Part shown: positions 17,924 through 25,835 of the stretch, piece after piece
How the letters are laid out: the number at the start of each line of letters is the position of its first letter
Numbering within the stretch: position 1 is the first letter of the stretch
From: Dokdonella sp.
Lineage (GTDB): Bacteria; Pseudomonadota; Gammaproteobacteria; Xanthomonadales; Rhodanobacteraceae
Reading direction: 5' to 3'
Assembly (NCBI GenBank): GCA_039926025.1
Contig: JBDSXV010000089.1
Span: 21,578 to 85,577 of the forward strand
Length of the DNA stretch: 64,000 nt
The notes under the pieces: model-generated
What the model was told of the DNA's origin: nothing
The model's database searches: none
Seen by the model: the letters and a program-made list of their open reading frames with translations, nothing else
Translations under genes and position numbers: made by a program

Positions 17924-19336
17924 ATGCGTCTTTCCACCCTCGTTCCGCCCTTGCGCGAAGCCATCGTGACGATGCTCGCCGCGATCGCTACGCTTTTGTG
18001 CGCACTCGCGATCGATCCCGAGCCCGGCCCCGCCATCCTCGCTGTGGTGCTGTGTCTGTCGCTGTCGAGGAGTCATCTCGACCGCGACATGAAAGGTCGG
18101 ATTGAAGCAGCCATTGTGCTGCCCTTGGTGGGAATCTTGGCTGTGGGCGTCGGCATGCTACTCCGGCATCTGCCCTGGATCGGCGCGCTGGTCTTCGTGA
18201 CGGGCATTACACTTTCCATCTGGCTGCGGCGGTTCGGGTTGATGGCATGTCGCGCGGGTTCACTCATCGCCCTGCCCTTCGTCACCCTCCTCACGACACC
18301 CTATGTGCTGACGACCAAGGTCGGTGCGGTCTTCGCCATATTCGTTCCCATCATCGTCGCGTTGCTTGCGCTGCTGTGGGTGAGCGTCTTCCATGCTCTT
18401 GCACGTCTCGCACGCCTGCTTCCCTCAGCACGCGCGACCGTGCATGCGCACGCGCCATCGAATGCCGGGAGCTCTTTGCGACCGGATGCGGTGACGCGCA
18501 TGGCCATCCAGATGGCCGTCGCTCTCAGCGTTTCTTTCGTGGTCGGCTACGCCTTTTTCGCCGAACGATGGGCGTGGATCGTACTCACCGCCTTTATTGT
18601 GGGCAGCGGCAATCGCGGGCGTCTGGATGTCGCCTACAAGAGCGTGCTTCGCGTATTGGGGGCGTCCGCCGGTACGGCTATCGCACTGCTGTTCACCGTG
18701 CATCTGGGTTCGCATGATGAGGCGACGGTTGTATTGATGCTCACTGCAATCTTTCTCGGCACGTGGCTGCGTCCGTTGGGCTACGCATGGTGGGCGCTGT
18801 TCGTCACGCTGGCGCTGGCCTTGCTGCAGGGATTCACGGGTTCTTCGCCTCAATACCTTTTGTGGTTGCGTCTGGAAGAAATCGTAATTGGCGCAATCAT
18901 CGGTGTGACTGCCGCCTGGTTGGTGCTGCCTGTGCGATCCACGGCTGTTCTGCAGCGGCGAATAGCGGATGCGTTGGCGACTCTCTCCGACGGGCTCGAT
19001 CCAGCAAAGCATGCACGAAGATCGGATGACTTCATTACCGCTTTGGCGCGCGTGGAAGAAGTGTCTCCCGCGTTCAGAGCTAGCCGCAGGCTTACGAAAA
19101 CGTTCCAACCCGTGCAGCCGGCCGATTGGATCGATACGCTGGCAGCTTGCCGTGACCCCGCAGTTGCGATGATCGACGCAGGTCAAACGCCCGGCTCAGT
19201 GCGCAAAGCGATTGGTGCTGCGCGCAAGTCAATCCGCGAACCAGGCGAGTTTTCAAAAGCCTTGGACGCAATACTTCATTCCATGGCCCGCCACTCTTCA
19301 ACGAAAGAGAGTGAGCTAGCCCAATCCAATGAATAG
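17924..19336 (+). CDS. FUSC / aromatic-acid-exporter-like integral membrane protein
   Basis: 470 aa. The N-terminal half has multiple hydrophobic segments and the C-terminal half is a soluble helical region, the general architecture of the fusaric-acid-resistance (FUSC) family. No sharp motif was found. Confidence 0.6.
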   Translation: MRLSTLVPPLREAIVTMLAAIATLLCALAIDPEPGPAILAVVLCLSLSRSHLDRDMKGRIEAAIVLPLVGILAVGVGMLLRHLPWIGALVFVTGITLSIWLRRFGLMACRAGSLIALPFVTLLTTPYVLTTKVGAVFAIFVPIIVALLALLWVSVFHALARLARLLPSARATVHAHAPSNAGSSLRPDAVTRMAIQMAVALSVSFVVGYAFFAERWAWIVLTAFIVGSGNRGRLDVAYKSVLRVLGASAGTAIALLFTVHLGSHDEATVVLMLTAIFLGTWLRPLGYAWWALFVTLALALLQGFTGSSPQYLLWLRLEEIVIGAIIGVTAAWLVLPVRSTAVLQRRIADALATLSDGLDPAKHARRSDDFITALARVEEVSPAFRASRRLTKTFQPVQPADWIDTLAACRDPAVAMIDAGQTPGSVRKAIGAARKSIREPGEFSKALDAILHSMARHSSTKESELAQSNE

Positions 19337-19480
19337 AGGTCGCCCAATGGGCTTCCAGTCATTGAAGTTTGAGGTTGGGGTGACATGTCGTGAATCGCTG
19401 CCACCGGACTCGCCGGCAGGAGAACCGCCGGCCGGCGCCGAAAATACCCGCACAGGATCCGGCCCATCCGCTTGCGAAGA

Positions 19481-21907
19481 TCACGGCTCGAATCCGTTGC
19501 TGAAGATTGCATCGCCGACGGAACCATACAGCTCGACCGTGCCGATACCGCTGGGGTCGCCGCCGGCGACGAGGATCAGTCCACCAGGCAACAGTGTCGA
19601 CGTATGGTCATGCCGCGCCACGGCGAGAGGGGTCGCCGCAGTCCAGGCATTGGCGGCAGGGTCATACGACTCGGCGCTGTCGAGAAATGTCTGAGCAAAA
19701 TTGAGCGACGAGTAGCCCGCGAGTACCAGCACCTTGCCGTTGCCGAGCAGTGTCGCCGTGTGCGCCACGCGCGAGGCGCCCATGCTCGCCGCCACACTCC
19801 ATGTGTTCGAAGCCGGGTTGTACAGTGCTGTGGAGGATAGGCTGTTGGCGTTCTGATCCAGTCCGCCAGCGATCAATACTTTGCCCGAGGGAAGCAAGGT
19901 GGCTGTCGGCGATGCAATATGACCGCTCGGCACATTGCCACCTGCGCTCCAGGCGTTGGCGACAGGATCATAGATCTCCGTCGTCTGGGAGTAACCGCCA
20001 ACCAGCAGGACCTTGCCCGACGAGAGTACGGCGACCGCCGCGGTGTTTCGGTCGGATTGCGGAGCAGCGGCAGCCGACCAGGTATTTGTAGCGGGGTTGT
20101 AGAGCTCGGCGTGGCCGACAGGACCCGAATTGTGCGATCCGGTCACCAGCACCTTGCCAGTGGAAAGCATTGCAGCGACGTGTTGCGATCGCGGCAGGCT
20201 CATGCTGCCGCCGGCACTCCAGCTGTTGGTGGCTGGGTCATACAGCTCGGTGGTGGCGAGTGCTGCGCCAAATGCATCGTCAATCGCGCCGCCTGCCACC
20301 AGCACCTTGCCCGACGGAAGCAGCGTTGCCGTATGCGAATAGCGTACGGCAAGCATGGTGCCGCCAGCGGTCCATGTCTTGGTGACAGGATCGAACAAAT
20401 CGGCCGTCTGACTGTTCGTACCACCCGCAATCAGCACCTTGCCCGATGCGAGCAGGGTTGCGGTGAACTGGAAGCGACCGACGCTCATTGGGCCAAGAAA
20501 GCTGGCCGTCACGCTGCAGTCGGCGTGAATGGCAGTCGTGCTCCACGTTGCCGCATCGACCTGATGCACGCCACAGGTATTGCCCACCACGCCCAGTGTG
20601 CTTGAACCATAGCCGGGCATGACCGTGAAGCTGACCATGTCGCCGCCGTGCACGATCTGCGTCGACGGCGTGATGCTGCCGTGCGCGCTTGCCGTCGCGG
20701 TGACGGTGTAGGTATCGATGGAAGGGTCGAATGATTCGGCGCTCGCGAGCTCGCCGCCACTGCCGAATCCGCCCGTGACCAGCACGTCGCCGCTGTTCAA
20801 GCGTGTGGCGGTGTGTCCGTAGCGCGGCTCGATCAAGCTGGACTGGACGGCTATCGTATTGCTCGCCGGGTCATACACGTCCGGGTTCGCAAGAAGGCTT
20901 GCGCTGCTACCGGTGGCATCTCCGCCGGCGAGCAGTACCTTGCCGGACGTGAGCAGGGTCGCGGTGTGATCACTGCGACTTGTAGTCAAGTTTGCCGCGG
21001 CACTCCAGCTGTCACTGGTCGGGTTGTAGAGCTCGGCGCTGGCGAGGTTACCCGCGCCGCCGCTGCCACCTGCGACATACACGATGCCGGAGTCCAGCAG
21101 GGTCGCGGTGTGGTTGACGCGCGCCGTGTTGAGACTTGCCGCACCGCTCCAGGTGTTGTTTGCTGGATCGTACAGTTCGGCACTCGAGAGAATTCCGTTG
21201 TTGTTGTGTCCGCCCGCTACCAGAACTTTTCCCGATGGAAGCAGCGCTGCGGAATGGCCGCCACGCAAGTTCGCCAGCGTTCCTGCCGCCGTCCAGGCAT
21301 TGGTGGCCGGGTCGTACAGTTCGGCGCTGGCGAGGTAGGTACAGGAGAACGTTTGAATGGTCGGCGTGGTCACCGTCGTGCAGTCGCTGGCGCCTCCCAC
21401 GATCAAGACCTTTCCGGAAAGCAGCAGTGTGGCGGTGTGGCCTTGACGATGCGCAACCAGGTTTCCCGTCGCGCTCCAGGTGTTGCCGGTGGGACTGTAA
21501 GTCTCGGCGCTGCCGAGTGCGTAGCAAACCACGACGGTTTCACTCGGAGGAAACGTGGTGACGCAATTGCCTGGGCCATTGCCGCCAGCCACGAGCACTT
21601 TGCCGTTGGGCAGCACGGACGCGCTGGCCGCACCACGCCCTGTGCCCATGCTCGCCGCGCCGGTCCAGAGGTTTGTAGCCGGGTCATACAGGTCGGTTGT
21701 TGCACTGCTGCTGACATCGCCCGTGACCAGGACTTTGCCGGACGGCAAGAGCGTCGACGTATGTTTGAAGCGAGCAATGCCGAGGTCGCCTGCGGCTGTC
21801 CACGCGCCGGGAAGCGCCAGCGCCAATCCCGGCATCGCGAGCGCCACTGCAATCGCCAGGGAAAACCCGGCGATGTTGAGCAAACGAAGAATTGCGGGGA
21901 CTGTCAT
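19481..21907 (-). CDS. secreted Kelch-repeat protein with two predicted 7-bladed beta-propellers separated by an Ig-like segment
   Basis: The start is MTVPAILRLLNIAGFSLAIAVALAMPGLALA (signal peptide; ATG 21905-21907). There are 14 repeats of ...HTATLLPSGKVLVAGG...AELYDPATNTWSAAG... and a central ~70-aa non-repeat segment (YTVTATASAHGSITPS...CSVTASF). Confidence 0.85.
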   Translation of the reverse strand: MTVPAILRLLNIAGFSLAIAVALAMPGLALALPGAWTAAGDLGIARFKHTSTLLPSGKVLVTGDVSSSATTDLYDPATNLWTGAASMGTGRGAASASVLPNGKVLVAGGNGPGNCVTTFPPSETVVVCYALGSAETYSPTGNTWSATGNLVAHRQGHTATLLLSGKVLIVGGASDCTTVTTPTIQTFSCTYLASAELYDPATNAWTAAGTLANLRGGHSAALLPSGKVLVAGGHNNNGILSSAELYDPANNTWSGAASLNTARVNHTATLLDSGIVYVAGGSGGAGNLASAELYNPTSDSWSAAANLTTSRSDHTATLLTSGKVLLAGGDATGSSASLLANPDVYDPASNTIAVQSSLIEPRYGHTATRLNSGDVLVTGGFGSGGELASAESFDPSIDTYTVTATASAHGSITPSTQIVHGGDMVSFTVMPGYGSSTLGVVGNTCGVHQVDAATWSTTAIHADCSVTASFLGPMSVGRFQFTATLLASGKVLIAGGTNSQTADLFDPVTKTWTAGGTMLAVRYSHTATLLPSGKVLVAGGAIDDAFGAALATTELYDPATNSWSAGGSMSLPRSQHVAAMLSTGKVLVTGSHNSGPVGHAELYNPATNTWSAAAAPQSDRNTAAVAVLSSGKVLLVGGYSQTTEIYDPVANAWSAGGNVPSGHIASPTATLLPSGKVLIAGGLDQNANSLSSTALYNPASNTWSVAASMGASRVAHTATLLGNGKVLVLAGYSSLNFAQTFLDSAESYDPAANAWTAATPLAVARHDHTSTLLPGGLILVAGGDPSGIGTVELYGSVGDAIFSNGFEP

Positions 21908-22175
21908 GTCTCTACCCTCACCGGCTGCACTGCGTTGAACGGGCCAGTACCCCTGCCCTCCTCGTTCAATGCGTGGAGAGGCGGTGCGATGCCTCACTGC
22001 TCCCGTGGTCGATCTCGTGCGAAGGATGGCGCCTGCTGCGCAGTCGAGATTGTCACGCGCCCGGTCGAACCGCCCGCCCGGCCGCTGCAGCTTTGGGTTC
22101 CAGATGAAGGACGCTGACCGCACGCCACCGTGCAAGCCTCTTGCGGATTGCCATGGGCGTGGATATCGACAAACG

Positions 22176-23558
22176 TCAGCGTTTGGCGCTTACACGCCAG
22201 ACTCGACCGCCGACGTCGTCAGCGATCAGAAGGTCGCCACGTTTGTCAAAGGCAACCCCGACCGGTCGGCCCCTTGCATTGCCTTGGTCGTCCAGAAATC
22301 CAGTAAGAAAATCTTCCGGAGGCGCCGAAGGCATTCCGTTCGCGAACGGAACAAGAATCACCTTGTAGCCGACCGCTGGACGTCGATTCCATGACCCATG
22401 TTGCCCGACGAAAGCGCCGCCCTCGTAGCGGGCCGGAAATGCGGATCCAGAATCGAATGCAAGTCCAAGGGAAGCCGTATGTGCGCCGAGGGCATAGTCG
22501 GGCACCACCGCAGTGGCTACCAGGTCAGGACGCTGCGGCTGCACACTGTTGTCGACGTGGGCGCCGTAGTAGCTGTACGGCCACCCGTAGAACGCGTTTC
22601 TGTTCACGCGGGTCATGTAGTCCGGGACCAGGTCGCCGCCCAGTTCGTCGCGCTCATTGACAGCCGTCCACAGCGCACCGCTTTGCGGCTGCCACGCCAA
22701 CCCGTTCGGGTTGCGAAGGCCCGATGCAAAAACAACCGTCTCGCCCGTTTTCGGATCGATTTCGAGAATGTCCGCGCGGTTTACCTCGTTCCCCATTCCG
22801 TTTTCCGCAGCGTTGCTGTTCGATCCCACCGTCACATAAAGACGCGAGCCATCCGCATTGGCGATGACATTCTTGGTCCAGTGATGATTGATCGTTCCAG
22901 CCGGGAGGTCGGCGATCTTCACCGGCTCAGCGTCTATCGACGTTTCTCCGGTTTTGTAGGCAAACCTCAACAACGCATCGGTGTCTGCGACATAAAAATC
23001 GTCGCCCACGAGCACCATGCCGAAAGGAGAATTCAACCCCGTCAGGAACGTTGTCTTGGTCTCGGCAACCCCGTCGCCATCTACATCTCTCAGAAGCGAG
23101 ATACGATTTGCACTGGGCGCTCCGGACCCTGCATTGCGCATGATGCGCCGCATGACCCAGCCCCGGATGCCCTTGGCGTCATCCGGCTTCGGCGGTGCAT
23201 CCGTCTCTGCAGTCAGTACGTCACCATTGGGCAATACATAAAGCCAGCGCGGATGATCGAGTTGGTCTGCAAACGCATTGACGGTGAATCCGGCAACAAC
23301 GGTCGGCATCGTATTGACCGGCCACCCTTTTGCCGGCGCAGTATTCACGGTAGGAAGCGCGGACTCCAGTGGCGCTGGCAGGATCGGATGCGGACCCGTG
23401 CCGGCCAGAGGGTCCAGCTTCGCATTGCTCTTGCAGGCACTGACCAGGCAGCTCGTCGATACAAGCGCCACGAGCACGCACACAAGCTTGATAGCCGAGG
23501 CGATTGGCGCATCGCAGGCGGTGGGTTCCAATGCAGGTTTTTCGCTCATCGACTTCAT
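22176..23558 (-). CDS. PQQ-dependent sugar (sorbosone/glucose-type) dehydrogenase family lipoprotein
   Basis: 460 aa. Lipobox LVSAC and blocks typical of the family: RNPNGLAWQP, NERDELGGDLVPDY, GWPYSYYG, GRPVGVAFDKRGDLLIADDVGGRVWRV. Confidence 0.85.
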   Translation of the reverse strand: MKSMSEKPALEPTACDAPIASAIKLVCVLVALVSTSCLVSACKSNAKLDPLAGTGPHPILPAPLESALPTVNTAPAKGWPVNTMPTVVAGFTVNAFADQLDHPRWLYVLPNGDVLTAETDAPPKPDDAKGIRGWVMRRIMRNAGSGAPSANRISLLRDVDGDGVAETKTTFLTGLNSPFGMVLVGDDFYVADTDALLRFAYKTGETSIDAEPVKIADLPAGTINHHWTKNVIANADGSRLYVTVGSNSNAAENGMGNEVNRADILEIDPKTGETVVFASGLRNPNGLAWQPQSGALWTAVNERDELGGDLVPDYMTRVNRNAFYGWPYSYYGAHVDNSVQPQRPDLVATAVVPDYALGAHTASLGLAFDSGSAFPARYEGGAFVGQHGSWNRRPAVGYKVILVPFANGMPSAPPEDFLTGFLDDQGNARGRPVGVAFDKRGDLLIADDVGGRVWRVSAKR

Positions 23559-23746
23559 GCGGCGCTCCCGCCAATTCGCGCGCGTTGGGCAGCGGACACG
23601 TTCCTATTCGGCGGGCCGGCCTCTGAACCTGCGCGAAGGCACGCATTGACCTCCAAGGTGTTGATTGGCCATGCCCCTGGGAGGCTGGGCAGGTAGACGC
23701 ACCACGAGCTATAGACGTGTGCTTTCAATTCGCCCACTTGATGGGC

Positions 23747-24070
23747 TCACGCCTGCATCGCGTCGCGCTGCGTCTGGAAGCGCTGCAGCGCGGTCTTGAG
23801 CGCGTCGGTTCTGTTTCTCAGCAGTTGCAGCTTTTGTCGGGCACGAATGACCCGGTCGGCCATCTCGGCGCGCGCCTGCAATTCTTCTGGCGTCATAGGA
23901 TCCGTAAGAGGCTTCAAATCACTGCACGCGTCGCGCGCGCGCTTTTCAATGGCGACCGAGATAAGTGGCGCGTTGCTGGATCTCTTCGCAGGCATGTCCA
24001 TCTCCGATTGCGTGGGTGGGTCTTCAAACCATCGCAGCTCATGGCACAACTCGCGTCTCGACGCCGACAT
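23747..24070 (-). CDS. hypothetical small protein (helical, Arg/Gln-rich C-terminus)
   Basis: 107-aa ORF. An internal start MPAKRS at 23995 has a better SD (GGAG, 6-nt spacer). No family recognised. Confidence 0.4.
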   Translation of the reverse strand: MSASRRELCHELRWFEDPPTQSEMDMPAKRSSNAPLISVAIEKRARDACSDLKPLTDPMTPEELQARAEMADRVIRARQKLQLLRNRTDALKTALQRFQTQRDAMQA

Positions 24071-24257
24071 GGTCTGTTGTCACTCGATGTTGGCCAGAAT
24101 GCAGCGCCATTGCTGAACCTTTGCCCGTGGGAGAAAACCTGAATACGGAAATGAGGTCCATGCAACAAAATCATTCAATTCTTGCAGCGGCATTCATGAA
24201 ATCCAGCATGCCCATGGCAACAATGCATGGTTCGAGAGATGAGTCCCTTGCGGCGCC

Positions 24258-24464
24258 TCAGTCACCTTCCGAGTCGTCCTCTCCACGAGGATCGATCAAC
24301 CCGTCCTGATCGAGACCTTCCTCGGCAGTGCGTTCTTCGTTGCTCTGGGTTTCGTCACCAAACTCGTCGCCCGGCGTTTCCTGAATGCTCTCGATGAGAT
24401 CATCAGGGAGATCGGTGAGATCGTCTGCTTTTCCCGGAATGGCGCTTCGCGCTGGATTGATCAT
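24258..24464 (-). CDS. very acidic 68-aa hypothetical protein
   Basis: MINPARSAIPGKADDLTDLPDDLIESIQETPGDEFGDETQSNEERTAEEGLDQDGLIDPRGEDDSEGD. About one third Asp/Glu and only 4 basic residues. GGGAG lies 7 nt upstream of the ATG. Confidence 0.5.
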   Translation of the reverse strand: MINPARSAIPGKADDLTDLPDDLIESIQETPGDEFGDETQSNEERTAEEGLDQDGLIDPRGEDDSEGD

Positions 24465-24660
24465 GATGCAGCTCCCGAAGTAAAAATCTGAAGGAAACGT
24501 TACCCGCGCAAGGACATCTCGCAGTGCGGCCCATTCTGGCGGCGGGATGCTGAACCCTGATCGTCAACGAAGGAGTACAGCGAGGCATACCGACTACGGT
24601 CTGCTCAGCAAGCATTCCATCGGCATGGCGTACACAGGAATCTGTCTCAGGAGGATTCCA

Positions 24661-24852
24661 ATGGAAATCAGTCAACGCAAGTGCGCGCACGTTGCATGCA
24701 AGTGCCCGGTCGCCGGCGAGGCGCTATTTTGTTCGCCTCACTGCGAAAGACGCGCCGATGAAGGCGACACGACCTGTGAGTGCGGACATCGTGATTGCGA
24801 AACGTCGATCGCCGAACCCGCAGTGGCGTTAGAAGGCGCCGCACTGGCGTAG
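24661..24852 (+). CDS. Cys/His-rich small protein resembling bacterial metallothionein (SmtA/BmtA type)
   Basis: The internal ATG at 24661 is preceded by AGGAGG. MEISQRKCAHVACKCPV...LFCSPHCERR...TCECGHRDCE has 8 Cys and 3 His in 47 aa. The spacing matches SmtA blocks KCACxxCxCxV / YCSxxC / CGHxxC. Confidence 0.6.
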   Translation: MEISQRKCAHVACKCPVAGEALFCSPHCERRADEGDTTCECGHRDCETSIAEPAVALEGAALA

Positions 24853-24997
24853 AGCCAGATTGATGCAGCGTGCCGGCTGGGCCAGTAACCTGCCACTGGT
24901 CGTACTCGTATTGGCGCGCACACTTGCGAATGCAGCGCCTGTTCAGTAGACCGATGGCTCGACGGCGTTGTTCACAACCAGTGGCCAAGTGAAAAAT

Positions 24998-25156
24998 TCA
25001 GATCTTGCCCAGTAAAAGCAACACGAGAATTATCACGATCAGCAAGCCAACTCCGCCAGTCGGGTAGTAGCCCCATCCCCTGCTGTAGGGCCAGGTTGGC
25101 AGACCGACGAGCAGGAGAACGATCAGGACAAGAAGGATCAATGCGCCAGTACTCAT
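24998..25156 (-). CDS. DUF3309-type small membrane protein (52 aa)
   Basis: Not in the ORF track (under 60 aa). MSTGALILLVLIVLLLVGLPTWPYSRGWGYYPTGGVGLLIVIILVLLLLGKI. AGGAGA lies upstream, and it starts 10 nt after the stop of the preceding ORF. Confidence 0.75.
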   Translation of the reverse strand: MSTGALILLVLIVLLLVGLPTWPYSRGWGYYPTGGVGLLIVIILVLLLLGKI

Positions 25157-25165
25157 GGGTATCTC

Positions 25166-25477
25166 CTAGTCTAGGATGGCTATGGGAATGCACTCATGCC
25201 GGAGTGCCATCAGATCTGCTTCGATGTCGCCGGGACTCGCACCCACACCGTAGGTGCCCGCAAGCCATTCGGGGCCTATATCGGGTGAGCTCTCAGGCGC
25301 GTCGAAGAGCACGTCCGAGCTCGCGTTAGCCCACACCGTGATATCGGATCGATGCAGCGCCTCATGAAGTTTCATGGCCACCGTAGCGAGATCGTCACGC
25401 AGCGACCCGGCAAAGGTGGCGTGTATTGACTTGCGTCCGTTGCGGCGTGTTCGCGATTGCGAGTCGAGCTTTGGCAT
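25166..25477 (-). CDS. hypothetical protein (103 aa)
   Basis: The start is MPKLDSQS, with GGGGA 7 nt upstream. It is apparently co-transcribed with the DUF3309 gene. No family recognised. Confidence 0.45.
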   Translation of the reverse strand: MPKLDSQSRTRRNGRKSIHATFAGSLRDDLATVAMKLHEALHRSDITVWANASSDVLFDAPESSPDIGPEWLAGTYGVGASPGDIEADLMALRHECIPIAILD

Positions 25478-25835
25478 TGAACTGTCCCCGATAGCGAACT
25501 GCCTGCAGTTTTTGCCCATCTTTTCGGGCCGTTTGCCGCTATGGCGCCTGAAGCCAGGCGGCACAGCGATGCGAAACTTAACGCGGCCCGACAAAACCGT
25601 TCATTAACAAATTTTCCATCCGCGGGCGCCGTTCATGTTTCATTGAGGCGTCACGGCAGGTTGCGATATCTCAGACCTCTGGACGTCTCTCACTCTCGAA
25701 CCGTGCAGGGACGCGGCGTCAATCGAAAAGCGCAGCGGTGTGGGCGCACTGCTGGACGCCACCGGAAATTATGGGAACAATCCTTCTTTGCTTCAGACAG
25801 GTGCAGAACGCTTGAAACATTTTTTTGAAGCAAAT

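Noticed and set aside
25580-25603. ECF-sigma-like promoter on the minus strand upstream of the 103-aa/DUF3309 pair: TGAAC-N15-CGTT.
   Set aside because: The spacer is one nucleotide shorter than the usual AAC-N16/17-CGT, and only a single instance was seen. Similar boxes were not found upstream of the other small genes. It is kept only as a hint.
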